Made by a program: the position numbers and the translations under genes. This document shows, piece after piece, positions 48,556 through 58,190 of a stretch of 64,000 bases of DNA. A model generated the notes under the pieces. That model worked only from the letters and a program-made list of their open reading frames with translations. It was not told the DNA's origin and made no database searches. Numbering within the stretch: the stretch's first letter is position 1; every line of letters starts with the position of its first letter. The DNA lies in the IMG/VR virus record IMGVR_UViG_3300024255_001088; one strand, written 5' to 3'. Source of the DNA: a virus.

Positions 48556-49344
48556 ATGGCAATTAACATGGGTTCATATACCGACACCAACTTAGGTGAT
48601 TCAGATGAACAGAACAACAAAGAAATAGTAGAAGACAAGTACACTGGTGAACAGTTCGAAATAGAACGCAATACAGACTTTATTACAATTCTACCAAACA
48701 TAATCAATCCATTAGGGTGCGAACACATAATGAATGTGTTTCATAGTACTCCTCTTGATGATGGTGCAGAATACAATCCAGATTCTAGTGAGATAATTCC
48801 TAGTCAGAAAGTACAAGACCACAATCTATCTTACAAGTATGTTGCAGACATGAACAAGACACACTTGACATGTTCACCAGGTACAAGAGAGTTTGATGCA
48901 TGTTTAGAAGTGTTCGAACATTTAATACCAGACCATCCAGACTTCGACACAATAACATATATGCAAATTGTACACTATGCTCAAGATGCGATGTTCCCAT
49001 TTCACAAAGATGTTGCAGAAGACACCGACTTTGGTACTATGATACTACAATTGAATGATGGATATAAGGGCGGTAGATTAATCGTAGATGGAAACTATAT
49101 TGCAAAGAACGAGGGTACTGCTACATTCTTTAACAACTCAACACAAATGTGGCATGGTGTAGAACCAATCTATGAGGGTGACAGATATGTTCTACTTGTA
49201 TGGTTCGGAAGAGATGAAGACTCTATGAGAGGAGAGGAAGAGAACAATGAATCAGAGAACAACGACAGTACCGACAGCGAAATGCAGTCAGTGTCAGAAA
49301 CTACTGAAACTACAGGAAGTGAAGTACCACTCACCGATGAATAA
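48556..49344 (+). CDS. 2OG-Fe(II) oxygenase (prolyl-hydroxylase-like)
   Basis: FHKD, LNDGYKGG, WHGVEPI..RYVLLVW. Confidence 0.85.
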   Translation: MAINMGSYTDTNLGDSDEQNNKEIVEDKYTGEQFEIERNTDFITILPNIINPLGCEHIMNVFHSTPLDDGAEYNPDSSEIIPSQKVQDHNLSYKYVADMNKTHLTCSPGTREFDACLEVFEHLIPDHPDFDTITYMQIVHYAQDAMFPFHKDVAEDTDFGTMILQLNDGYKGGRLIVDGNYIAKNEGTATFFNNSTQMWHGVEPIYEGDRYVLLVWFGRDEDSMRGEEENNESENNDSTDSEMQSVSETTETTGSEVPLTDE

Positions 49345-49429
49345 CGGTCATGTTGAACATGTCTGGTGTGATGCATATTGCAGTCATGACTGGCATTGTG
49401 AGAATAGACCAAGAAACGAAGGATTTTAA
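49247..49429 (+). CDS. Small Cys/His zinc-binding protein
   Basis: CSQC..WCDAYC; GGAGAGG upstream; overlaps previous gene. Confidence 0.6.
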   Translation: MNQRTTTVPTAKCSQCQKLLKLQEVKYHSPMNNGHVEHVWCDAYCSHDWHCENRPRNEGF

Positions 49430-50050
49430 GTGACCGAACAGAAATATAATGAAAGTGGTTGGAAAGACCATGGCGACCATATCAAAACAATCGATGACTG
49501 TTTTGACCCAACTTTGATAGATGACCTAATTAAGGTGTTCGATAATGCAGAAGAACATGGTCTAACAAAGACTAGAGTCGCTGATGGTGCTAGAAATGCA
49601 AGTAAATGGACAGGTGAAGACACTTCAGTATACTGGAGTATGATGGACACAATGATTAATCCACCCCTTAGAGAGTTGGGTGATGTGGTGCAACATGAAA
49701 TCATACCCAAATGGGGTGAAGAGTATCCACTCATTGGTTCGGGAATGGTTAAAGATTTATTTGTCAGTCAGTTGAAGATGCAGAAGACAAGACCAACAGA
49801 AGGTTATCATTCATGGCATTGTGAGTATAACAATCAACTAGAGAATATAAGAACAGCACTTGCATTTATGGTGTATCTCAATGATGTAGATGAGGGCGGT
49901 GAGACAGAGTTTTTGTATCAGTCAAAGAGAATCGCCCCAAAGTTTAATAGATTTGTGTGTTGGCCCGCTGGGTGGACACATATACATAGAGGTAATCCAC
50001 CTCTATCGAATGTGAAGTATGTAATCACAGGTTGGGTAAGTATTATATAA
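49430..50050 (+). CDS. 2OG-Fe(II) oxygenase
   Basis: GYHSWHCE, YLNDVDEGGETEF, HIHRGNPP..KYVITGW. Confidence 0.9.
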   Translation: MTEQKYNESGWKDHGDHIKTIDDCFDPTLIDDLIKVFDNAEEHGLTKTRVADGARNASKWTGEDTSVYWSMMDTMINPPLRELGDVVQHEIIPKWGEEYPLIGSGMVKDLFVSQLKMQKTRPTEGYHSWHCEYNNQLENIRTALAFMVYLNDVDEGGETEFLYQSKRIAPKFNRFVCWPAGWTHIHRGNPPLSNVKYVITGWVSII

Positions 50051-50093
50051 AACCACTTGTGCATTGATGCATAATATATTATAATGGTTGTAC

Positions 50094-50438
50094 ATGGCAG
50101 TTTTGAATTTAGGTAATAGTATTAAGTATGGTCCTCACGGTAAACGCCGTAAGACTAAAGCATTTAGTACCAAATACAAAACTACTAAATACAATGAGTT
50201 AATCGCAAGACAACAAGTTCAATATGACCAAGTGATGTCTGAAGTGATTAAACAAGAATATCCTTCGTATGTAAGTGACAATCTATGTGTCGGTAATCCA
50301 ACACCACGCAGAGAGAATCCTATATACTCGGGTGAAAGGAAACTAATTGGTATTGGTGTTATGCATAAGTCTAACCTAGTACCAGTTTTTGAAGAAGATA
50401 AACAATACGCCAAAGATTTGGCACGAATGAGGAGATAG
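50094..50438 (+). CDS. Conserved T4-like hypothetical protein
   Basis: YSGERKLIGIGVMHKSNLVPVF. Confidence 0.7.
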   Translation: MAVLNLGNSIKYGPHGKRRKTKAFSTKYKTTKYNELIARQQVQYDQVMSEVIKQEYPSYVSDNLCVGNPTPRRENPIYSGERKLIGIGVMHKSNLVPVFEEDKQYAKDLARMRR

Positions 50439-50442
50439 AAAA

Positions 50443-51345
50443 ATGGCATTTAATGTTGCTACAGTATGTTTGAAAGACGACCCTACTACCACACCAGAGG
50501 ATGTTATCAAACTAAAATTATCAATGGACGCAAACCGTCTACTAGTACATGAGGGTATGCAGATTAGTGTACTGAATGTGTTCACCGACTATGAGAAATC
50601 AGATTTTCTTGCAGTTCAACCAAGGTGGGCGAGTGAAGAAACTGACCCAAATGTACCATCAAGCATGAGACTCACTACTATTGAGAGTACAGATAATCCA
50701 AGTCATGCAATTAAAAATCTGTTTAGAAACGATAGATTTGGTGAACATGACAAAATCATGTACATGCATCCAAGAGTGAAGTGGAGAAATCTAGGTCATA
50801 GTATCATCTTCTCTACATTACCAGACAAAGGTAATCCTAACCACTCATCATACACAATCAATGAAGAAGACAGAAAGTCAATCATTGAGAACAATTGGGC
50901 GACACTCAATCTTGCAATAGATTGGACAGAATCAGAAGATACTCAATTCATGCCTCAGTTCTTTCAGTTCAACTATGCAGAACATCCAGACTTAACTGAT
51001 AAGATGTTCGATGGTACACTAGACAAGTATGAGTCATTCATGCATTTCGTAGAGGGTGAGTACACCGAGTTTGTATTACCTATGATGCCTGCAACTCTTG
51101 GTAAGTACTATTCATGTAATCATGACAAGAACAAAGAACTCAATGAGATGTATGAGAAGAATGTTAGAGTACTATTTCCAGAACTATGGCGTGGTACAGG
51201 CGGTGACGAAGATGCGAAGTACTTATCATTCGGTCACGATTGGAGAGATATGACTAAACAATGTTCATTGTTATTCTTTGATGAGACAGATGGTCCTATC
51301 AGTGACGATTACTTTGCACAAATGTACCTAGTGTCTAATCCGTAA
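50443..51345 (+). CDS. Hypothetical protein, possibly degenerate glycosyltransferase
   Basis: SD GAGGAG; N-terminus VCLK..VIKL..NVFTD loosely GT-like. Confidence 0.55.
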   Translation: MAFNVATVCLKDDPTTTPEDVIKLKLSMDANRLLVHEGMQISVLNVFTDYEKSDFLAVQPRWASEETDPNVPSSMRLTTIESTDNPSHAIKNLFRNDRFGEHDKIMYMHPRVKWRNLGHSIIFSTLPDKGNPNHSSYTINEEDRKSIIENNWATLNLAIDWTESEDTQFMPQFFQFNYAEHPDLTDKMFDGTLDKYESFMHFVEGEYTEFVLPMMPATLGKYYSCNHDKNKELNEMYEKNVRVLFPELWRGTGGDEDAKYLSFGHDWRDMTKQCSLLFFDETDGPISDDYFAQMYLVSNP

Positions 51346-51363
51346 GTCATTGATTTGATTGAG

Positions 51364-51390
51364 AAAAGGGACGATATGTCCCTTTTTTTT
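51364..51390. terminator. Bidirectional intrinsic terminator
   Basis: AAAAGGGAC-GATAT-GTCCCTTTTTTTT between convergent genes. Confidence 0.85.
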
Positions 51391-51393
51391 GGT

Positions 51394-52485
51394 TTACTTA
51401 TATTTGAAGTCGCACATCATACGAGTAGGTTTACCATCTTTACCTTGCGTATCACGAATATTTAAACTGAACTTGTAAGTGGGTGATTCACATTCCATGT
51501 TGATTCTTCTACCATCACCAGTCTTACCACCATAGAACAACTTCATTCTTCCTGTTCTTGCTGCCTTTTGCATTGACACTTTGTCCATTTTCTTTGATAA
51601 GACTCTACCATTAGTGAACTTATGTATGATATGATACCCATGACCAATGCCTGATTCAAGTAGTTTGTTGAGAGCGCTCTTGTCATATGATACTACCTCT
51701 TTCTTACTATAACCTGGTGCGGTGTTCTTATCGCCTTGGAAGACTAAACAAAACTTATCTTGTTTAATACCGAACATCTTTAAGAGTTTGAGTCCATTCT
51801 TGTCGTTGATACCACCTGACTCTATTTCGTCTGGTGTGAGTACCTTTCTTACACCCACATTGAAGAAGGTTGTAGTAGGACCGAACTTCAACGATAAGTA
51901 TACCTCTTTACCGTCATCTTTCGTCAGAGTAATATCAGTGACATTTTTGCCGACATCTGTACCAGTACCTTTTTTGTTTTCAAGGATAATACTAGAACCA
52001 TACTTGATAGGTCTAGGTGTATTCTCACCACCGACTACTTCTATTCTCAATGTAGACGAACTCTTTAAATCGTATGTCTTGTTCAAGTCTTCTATCGCAA
52101 GGAGATGGTTCTTATCACCGACCTTCTCACCTGCCCACCATGACTCTAAGTCCTTTGCGAACTCTTCTTCAAACGCATTACCTTGATTCTTAGCACCCCT
52201 ATTACCACTACTCCCATTACCGAACTTTAACTTAAGATTATCAATACCACCTAGACTAAGTATCTGTTTAATACTGATAGCGCCTTCTAATGCACGAGTG
52301 ACATTGACCTCTGTTTTACTTTGATTCTTTTTACCCAAGTCGATATTGATAGGTGCATCAACCTTAGGGTACTTCTTAGTGAGTGCCTCATGGAGTTTAA
52401 TCATATCTGCTACATTACCAGGTGGAAACTTGTCGCACTTAGTAAGTATCTCTTTGGATTGTTTTGGGAAGAAGTCGTATGCCAT
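51394..52485 (-). CDS. PD-(D/E)xK nuclease-like protein
   Basis: GNAFEEE..VTDITL..VYLSLK; CCTAAATA-N5-ATG. Confidence 0.65.
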   Translation of the reverse strand: MAYDFFPKQSKEILTKCDKFPPGNVADMIKLHEALTKKYPKVDAPINIDLGKKNQSKTEVNVTRALEGAISIKQILSLGGIDNLKLKFGNGSSGNRGAKNQGNAFEEEFAKDLESWWAGEKVGDKNHLLAIEDLNKTYDLKSSSTLRIEVVGGENTPRPIKYGSSIILENKKGTGTDVGKNVTDITLTKDDGKEVYLSLKFGPTTTFFNVGVRKVLTPDEIESGGINDKNGLKLLKMFGIKQDKFCLVFQGDKNTAPGYSKKEVVSYDKSALNKLLESGIGHGYHIIHKFTNGRVLSKKMDKVSMQKAARTGRMKLFYGGKTGDGRRINMECESPTYKFSLNIRDTQGKDGKPTRMMCDFKYK

Positions 52486-52489
52486 GGTA

Positions 52490-53182
52490 CTATTTAGGCG
52501 GTTCGTTGCGTTTATACCAATTGTTGAAGAAATTTATATTCATAATAAACCTATCTGTATCACCTCCGACATATGAATGATAACTATAATCACTTGCACG
52601 AAAGAGGTAAGCAGTATTAATATCCCATGATATCATAGTACCACCATCAATGTCTACCTTATTATTACCATGAAAGATGGTACTATTATTCACATCGGGA
52701 TAGATAGGGACAAGTATCGTCATAAGTTTACCACCATCATTGTGTATAGGGTAATGAGGCATATTCTTAGGTGATGCCTGCATATGATGATTACAATACG
52801 CAGGGACATTGTTCGCTCTCTTCTCTAAGTCTAAAGTATCAAAGACATACTGAGTATTAGGTCTTTCCAAAGACACTGAAAACGCTTCCCAATTTGACCA
52901 TAACCAATCAATCTTATCAGTCACCACACCGTTCATCATCTCAACCTTAGAAGAATCTTCCGAAGACACTAAGTGCTGAGGAGGGTATTCGTCAAACTTA
53001 CTAATCCGTCTATTAGGGTAGACTTCCGAAGACACTTCACCGACCTCCACCGCCATAGTCCGTAGATACTCAAGCTCGCTATCCGAATAGAAGTTAGGTA
53101 TCATCATCAGACGACCCATTACAGACTCATCCCAGTCCATATAGTAGTTATCCCAAGGGAATAAAGTATTAGTGTTTTTCAT
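52490..53182 (-). CDS. 2OG-Fe(II) oxygenase
   Basis: YPIHND..TIF..SYHSY..DRFIMNIN. Confidence 0.7.
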   Translation of the reverse strand: MKNTNTLFPWDNYYMDWDESVMGRLMMIPNFYSDSELEYLRTMAVEVGEVSSEVYPNRRISKFDEYPPQHLVSSEDSSKVEMMNGVVTDKIDWLWSNWEAFSVSLERPNTQYVFDTLDLEKRANNVPAYCNHHMQASPKNMPHYPIHNDGGKLMTILVPIYPDVNNSTIFHGNNKVDIDGGTMISWDINTAYLFRASDYSYHSYVGGDTDRFIMNINFFNNWYKRNEPPK

Positions 53183-53456
53183 GTCTCTCCTCTATGTCAT
53201 CGTACCTACCACTGAAGTACATACGAGTGTAGTATAAACGAATGTATGATATCACCGTCATAGATGATATGTTAACCATACTGAGTACCCACCAATCGGT
53301 TACATTGAATACCTCACGCATACAATACATGATGAATACGATGATAGGTGCTTGTGTAATGAGTCCACTTATAATGGTAAACGATGTCTCTCTATGCGCT
53401 AACGCCTGTTTCTTAGTGGGTTTGAATATTTTATTGAGTAGTGTCAGAAGGTTCAT
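53169..53456 (-). CDS. Two-TM membrane protein
   Basis: Hydrophobic helices; SYIRLYYTR. Confidence 0.7.
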   Translation of the reverse strand: MNLLTLLNKIFKPTKKQALAHRETSFTIISGLITQAPIIVFIMYCMREVFNVTDWWVLSMVNISSMTVISYIRLYYTRMYFSGRYDDIEERHEKH

Positions 53457-53647
53457 AATATAATGTGTGCAGTAGTGTGTTAAAGTGTGTAATTATATTG
53501 TTATTTATGTGTCTGGAAGAAGTAGCGAATAAACTCGCTTACCGTGAAGTGGTAGAGAGAAGCAGGACTACTTATAACCTGAGAGAACCTAAGAGAGGAC
53601 ACGAGAGAGGATAGTGCCCACTACCGCTGTGTTGCACCATGCAGACA

Positions 53648-53681
53648 GGGGTTGACAATGACCCCCACTTTTTGATAGGAT
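53648..53681 (+). promoter_or_regulatory. Early promoter family copy
   Basis: GGGGTTGACAATGACCCCCACTTTTTGATAGGAT. Confidence 0.7.
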
Positions 53682-53850
53682 GTATCCATGATGAATTGAC
53701 GAAGGTAACAGGCGAAGGACCCCATGTCTGTAAGGTCCATGTGTTAATGGTACTCCTGATATGTAGTAGAGTACCATGCATAGCAACTCCACTCCATGTG
53801 TTTCTAATGGTATACAATGTATATTGGAGTATACATTGGAGTATATACTA

Positions 53851-53884
53851 GGGGTTGACAATGGGTCTCACTTTTTGTTATGGT
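53851..53884 (+). promoter_or_regulatory. Early promoter family copy
   Basis: GGGGTTGACAATGGGTCTCACTTTTTGTTATGGT. Confidence 0.7.
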
Positions 53885-53890
53885 ATCCAT

Positions 53891-54022
53891 ATGATGACAA
53901 ACAACCAAAGAAGACTAAGAAGATTCGACATATGGTTTTGCAACAGTTCGTTCTGTGCCTTCCTATGCATGTTCGGAGTACCATTTGGGTTAATAGGAGC
54001 AGTATCATGGTTAATGGGTTAA
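53891..54022 (+). CDS. 43-aa TM peptide (not in ORF track)
   Basis: ATG 6 nt after -10; basic N-terminus plus TM. Confidence 0.5.
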   Translation: MMTNNQRRLRRFDIWFCNSSFCAFLCMFGVPFGLIGAVSWLMG

Positions 54023-54225
54023 AAGGAGTACACATTGCAACAGGTATGGGAGTGGAGATACCACTGAATAGTAAAGAGATGCAACTGGCCATGTCCAAGG
54101 TGGCAGTGAATGACTGTTGGGATGACATGTGTGCGAGTGTCCTATCTAGGGGTGGTGAAGACATCATCGGACAGATAGCGATAGATTTTATAGTTATTGG
54201 GGGAGTCGACAGAGTTTTCCACTAG
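54007..54225 (+). CDS. Hypothetical protein
   Basis: AGGAG before ATG 54007 (3' part of track ORF 53776..54225). Confidence 0.55.
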   Translation: MVNGLKGVHIATGMGVEIPLNSKEMQLAMSKVAVNDCWDDMCASVLSRGGEDIIGQIAIDFIVIGGVDRVFH

Positions 54226-54542
54226 ACATAGACTGCATCCTGTAGTATAATGGTTATATATTAAAGGGTTCATCTGAGAGTTACCTATAATATATCATGC
54301 ATATGTGAAAGTCTCAGAGGGTAATGTCCGAACATTCGTGGAGGGGATGAGAACGCCCCTCCCACTTACTGCACTAGATAGGGTGTAGAGATGTCTTAGA
54401 GCGTCTTAGAATGTCTCTGAGTGAGCGTGGCAAACAGTACCAGTGAAATCCTCTGCGTTGGTCCACTAGTGTTAAGGCATCGGGATGACCTTGACGCCGT
54501 ACTAAAAAATTTTTTTGGATATTATAAAGAAGGAAAACCAAA

Positions 54543-54803
54543 ATGAGATATGTAGGATATAAAATGGAAGTAAGTGGTGACATGATTCTCTTTGACGATG
54601 AGATTCGTGCCGATGATTTCTTTGCACGGCATCCTGATATAGAAGAAGACACTCTTATGTGTATTCGCAATATCAATGGTCGCATTGAGTTGCATGTCGA
54701 ATACGAAGACGAACCTAACCCAGGTGATATAGATGATTCTGTCTACACACCTGAAGAGAATATACTTGACTTTGTTAAGTTTAGAAAGTGGAATATTGCA
54801 TAG
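54543..54803 (+). CDS. Hypothetical acidic protein
   Basis: AAGGA SD. Confidence 0.65.
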   Translation: MRYVGYKMEVSGDMILFDDEIRADDFFARHPDIEEDTLMCIRNINGRIELHVEYEDEPNPGDIDDSVYTPEENILDFVKFRKWNIA

Positions 54804-54808
54804 GAGCA

Positions 54809-54949
54809 ATGATTATGGAAACAGAAGTAGCACAAATTAGTAGTATCGCAGGTTTTGTCCTGTGTGTGATAATGGCAACACTCGTGTATGTAGGGTTGCA
54901 CATCAACAAACCATTCCCTTGGGAGAAGAGAGATGAGGATAACTTATAA
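54809..54949 (+). CDS. Small TM protein (not in ORF track)
   Basis: AGGAG SD; one TM. Confidence 0.55.
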   Translation: MIMETEVAQISSIAGFVLCVIMATLVYVGLHINKPFPWEKRDEDNL

Positions 54950-55109
54950 AGTAATTAAACATGCACTTGGTTCATTTGGTGAACAGGATGGGTATGATAA
55001 GCGTAGAGAGGATGATATCGCACTGGTTCGTATGTTCATAGTGGGTACTAATCTATTCTGTGGTTGGCTTATTATCATTAATATGCTCATGGGGTGGTTT
55101 AGTGGATAA
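54933..55109 (+). CDS. Small membrane protein (not in ORF track)
   Basis: KHALGSF..DDIALVR plus TM. Confidence 0.55.
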   Translation: MRITYKVIKHALGSFGEQDGYDKRREDDIALVRMFIVGTNLFCGWLIIINMLMGWFSG

Positions 55110-55350
55110 GAAACTTCGAGCTGACCTTGCGTGGTACATCAAGTGGTGTTCTTCGTTTATACTGATTACCTCTATGGCAATGCGTGCTACAGGTTCGGAA
55201 GCGTATAGTCTCTTCGACTTGTATCTTAGCACCTTAGGGGTCTTCGGATGGTTATGTGTGGGTGTTCTTTGGAAAGATAGGGCACTCATTATGCTTAACG
55301 CTGTGGGGTTTGTGATACTCCTCATAGGAGTCTTTAAATCTTTCGTTTAA
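55102..55350 (+). CDS. DUF6552-like membrane protein
   Basis: WYIKW..GWLCVGVLWKDRALIMLN; GTG start inferred. Confidence 0.65.
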   Translation: MDKKLRADLAWYIKWCSSFILITSMAMRATGSEAYSLFDLYLSTLGVFGWLCVGVLWKDRALIMLNAVGFVILLIGVFKSFV

Positions 55351-55362
55351 TATATACAGTTT

Positions 55363-55806
55363 ATGAATAAAATACAAATAGCAATGCAGAAGAAAGTCAA
55401 TGGCGCTCTAGGTGAGATAGAGTATCAGATTGATTGTTTCATGGATAACGGTTATAAGACTAAGTTTGATATGGTTAAGTATCTTACAAGTCTTGAGTAT
55501 AAGCGTAAACTGGTCGAACTCATGCGAAACGAGTGGGATGGTTTGATTGCAGAACTAGAATCTACTGAGGAAGACTTCATTGAGGCGTACAGTCATATGA
55601 CTACAACAGAGAAGAAGCGTTTTCTTAAGTTTCTTCGTGGTCTAGGTAAAGGGTGTGATGATTATATTGCACTGAATGAGAACGAATGGGCTCAAGACAC
55701 GGCAGCCAAGCGATTACGCAACAAATCTCGTAAGGCAAATCAAAAAAGAATCGAAGAAATCAGTCAAGGCACTGGGTATGCAAAGAAAAAGTCTAAAAGG
55801 GCCTAG
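55363..55806 (+). CDS. Hypothetical protein
   Basis: FIEAYSHM motif; basic tail. Confidence 0.7.
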   Translation: MNKIQIAMQKKVNGALGEIEYQIDCFMDNGYKTKFDMVKYLTSLEYKRKLVELMRNEWDGLIAELESTEEDFIEAYSHMTTTEKKRFLKFLRGLGKGCDDYIALNENEWAQDTAAKRLRNKSRKANQKRIEEISQGTGYAKKKSKRA

Positions 55807-55991
55807 TAAAACTCTGCTTATCAGTGTATACTGTATCTATAGTTTAGTTTTAATAGGGGTAACACTTAGAATTATGAGTGTTTTACTCGGGTAAGGGGCA
55901 GGGAAACGAACATCACCAAGTCCACAATTTATTCACGACATGCGTGAGAGAGTTTTCCCACCCCTCCAGTTTAATTTTAAAGGAAAAAGTT

Positions 55992-56195
55992 ATGTTAGAC
56001 CTTATTTTATTACCATGGATACTCTTTAAGTATGCATTTTCACTCGGATTATGGTTTGCTTTGTTCATGACACTACATTATCAATGGAAAAAAAGATGTC
56101 TGACAGAGAAAATCACCACCTTTGGCGATAAAATCTTTCGTAAGAATCAAAAGTCGGTCAATGACGACCTAGATGACCATTATAATAATCTATAA
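55992..56195 (+). CDS. Small membrane protein
   Basis: AAGGA SD before ATG 55992. Confidence 0.6.
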   Translation: MLDLILLPWILFKYAFSLGLWFALFMTLHYQWKKRCLTEKITTFGDKIFRKNQKSVNDDLDDHYNNL

Positions 56196-56203
56196 ATAAA
56201 CAT

Positions 56204-56377
56204 ATGGATTTATACATAACCCATTTTATCTTTATTACTCTTTGTGCAACCGGTTCTTATCTCTACGGAGAGCATCAAGGACGCAAGATTGGCCATCAGG
56301 AGATGGTAATAGACATGCTTGACCGCAAGCTTGTCACACAAGACAGTTTAAATAAAGAATATAACATAACAAAATAA
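56204..56377 (+). CDS. 57-aa TM protein (not in ORF track)
   Basis: TATAAATA-N5-ATG. Confidence 0.6.
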   Translation: MDLYITHFIFITLCATGSYLYGEHQGRKIGHQEMVIDMLDRKLVTQDSLNKEYNITK

Positions 56378-56398
56378 TCTCATAACAGGAAATATATT

Positions 56399-57598
56399 AT
56401 GACGAAAGAAAAAGAAGTGATTCTTGGTGTGAACACCAGTCACGATACTGCTGTTGCAGTCATTGAAGACGGCAAAGTCAAGCATGTATACGAAGAGGAA
56501 CGCTCTCGTAGAAGTAAATATTGGTCACCAAGTGAAGACAATGGTGGCAATGAGGCATATGAAGAACTCGGACTTGTATGCATAGAACATAAACAACTAC
56601 ACGAACCTGACCATGTGGCGTTCGCCTCCTTCGATAGGAGACAGTTTAATGTAAACTTTACAGATAAGGCAATACAAGACAGAGAATTGCAACAGGCAAT
56701 CATCCGTGACTTCACAGCACAACAATTATCTCGTAAAAGACTCTCAGAGATTCAACAAGAACATGGCACCTCAGTATTTAATAAGTCTGAAGTTCAAGAC
56801 GGTGAAGATAATTTAATTAATACATCACTTCTTGACCAAATTAATCCTAAAGATAAAGTAGACTTCAAACATGAACATCATTATTTTCATGCAGTATGTG
56901 GCGCTCACTTATCTCCTTATGACGAAGCATTATGCATCACCTGGGATGGTGGGGGTTGGATGACTCACTTTGATGAGTGGCCAGGTTACCAAGAGATTGA
57001 ATGTATCTGGCATTACAAAGACAGTAAAGTAAAACCTTTATATAAAAGATATTCTAATCATCGTATGTTAAGTGACATTCGTAATAGTATGAACGCTGGT
57101 GGTTGGGGTGAAGACCCTCTCATGTGTTTAACAGATGAGACATATGACTATGATGGTGTCGAGTCTGTATTTACTTCTTATCCTAGTATGGGTATGAACT
57201 TTAGTAATATGTCTTATGCATTAGGTTGCGATGAACAAGGTCGTGCCGCTGGTAAAGTTATGGGTATGGCATCTTATGGTGCATTACAAGAAGATGGTGG
57301 TATGGGTAATATTTGGAATAAACATACGGCTGCAAATAAATTAGAACATGATTCACTTGAACATGCACAAACAGTTATACAGAAAGCATTAGATTTAGTT
57401 CCTGATTGTAAGAACATTGTTCTCTCAGGTGGGTTTAGTTTAAACTGTACTAATAATGCAAAATATTTAAAACTATTTCCAGATGTACAGTTCTTTGTAG
57501 ACCCTATCCCTCATGATGGTGGTACTGCTGTTGGGGCTGCAATTGATATGTATAATGATTTAAACGGAGAAGAGAATGTTATTGACACAAATTCATAG
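56399..57598 (+). CDS. Carbamoyltransferase (NodU/CmcH) N-terminal Kae1-like domain
   Basis: SHDTAVA, EEERSRRSK, HHYFHA, DGGG, GKVMGMASYG, SGGFSLNC, DGGTAVG. Confidence 0.9.
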   Translation: MTKEKEVILGVNTSHDTAVAVIEDGKVKHVYEEERSRRSKYWSPSEDNGGNEAYEELGLVCIEHKQLHEPDHVAFASFDRRQFNVNFTDKAIQDRELQQAIIRDFTAQQLSRKRLSEIQQEHGTSVFNKSEVQDGEDNLINTSLLDQINPKDKVDFKHEHHYFHAVCGAHLSPYDEALCITWDGGGWMTHFDEWPGYQEIECIWHYKDSKVKPLYKRYSNHRMLSDIRNSMNAGGWGEDPLMCLTDETYDYDGVESVFTSYPSMGMNFSNMSYALGCDEQGRAAGKVMGMASYGALQEDGGMGNIWNKHTAANKLEHDSLEHAQTVIQKALDLVPDCKNIVLSGGFSLNCTNNAKYLKLFPDVQFFVDPIPHDGGTAVGAAIDMYNDLNGEENVIDTNS

Positions 57599-58190
57599 AG
57601 AACTCGATGTAGTACTAGACGAACTTATTGACAACCAACAGATTGTTGGTATGTTTCAGAATGAGTCTGAATGGGGTCCTCGTGCTCTAGGCAATCGTTC
57701 TATTATCTTTGACCCTAGACATAGAAACGCTAAATCAATAATGAATACAGTAAAGAAGAGAGAGTCCTATAGACCTTTTGCTTGTACAGTTATGTTAGAA
57801 CATGCAGAAGAATATTTTGACATGTTGCAATTACCAGAATCACCGTGGATGTCTTTTGCACTACAATGTAAACCTCGTGCATTAAGAGATATACCTACAC
57901 TGGTTCACTCAGATAATACTTGTCGTATTCAAACAGTGACCGAAGAACAGAACCCAAACTATTATAATTTAATTAAAGGGTTCTATGAAAGAACAGGCGT
58001 ACCGATTATATTCAACACATCATTTAATTTAGGTGGTGAGTCAATCGTAGAAACAGTTTACGATGCAATCGATACATGTAATCGTTCAATGATTAATCAT
58101 TTATATATTCCAGAAGACCAAGAAGTACATATACCTTATGACTCAATAAAAGATAAGACTGAGTTTTTACCACAGGATGATGATGAGTAG
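57576..58190 (+). CDS. Carbamoyltransferase C-terminal YrdC-like domain
   Basis: EWGPRALGNRS, KKRESYRPFA, HSDNTCRIQT, NTSFN. Confidence 0.9.
   Translation: MLLTQIHRELDVVLDELIDNQQIVGMFQNESEWGPRALGNRSIIFDPRHRNAKSIMNTVKKRESYRPFACTVMLEHAEEYFDMLQLPESPWMSFALQCKPRALRDIPTLVHSDNTCRIQTVTEEQNPNYYNLIKGFYERTGVPIIFNTSFNLGGESIVETVYDAIDTCNRSMINHLYIPEDQEVHIPYDSIKDKTEFLPQDDDE

Larger units (their letters stand above)
53457..53890. other. Non-coding divergent strand-switch region with short repeats
   Basis: TGTG repeats, CCATG repeats, TTGGAGTATA tandem, two early promoters. Confidence 0.5.

Noticed and set aside
53630-53850. Short repeats as a CRISPR array
   Set aside because: Repeats are 5-10 nt and irregular, with no constant repeat-spacer period and no cas genes
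53776-54006. 5' part of track ORF 53776..54225
   Set aside because: Runs through repeats and a promoter; the SD-supported start is 54007
56399-58190. Pseudogene or programmed frameshift in the carbamoyltransferase
   Set aside because: Second half has its own SD and ATG, and no clear slippery site is seen
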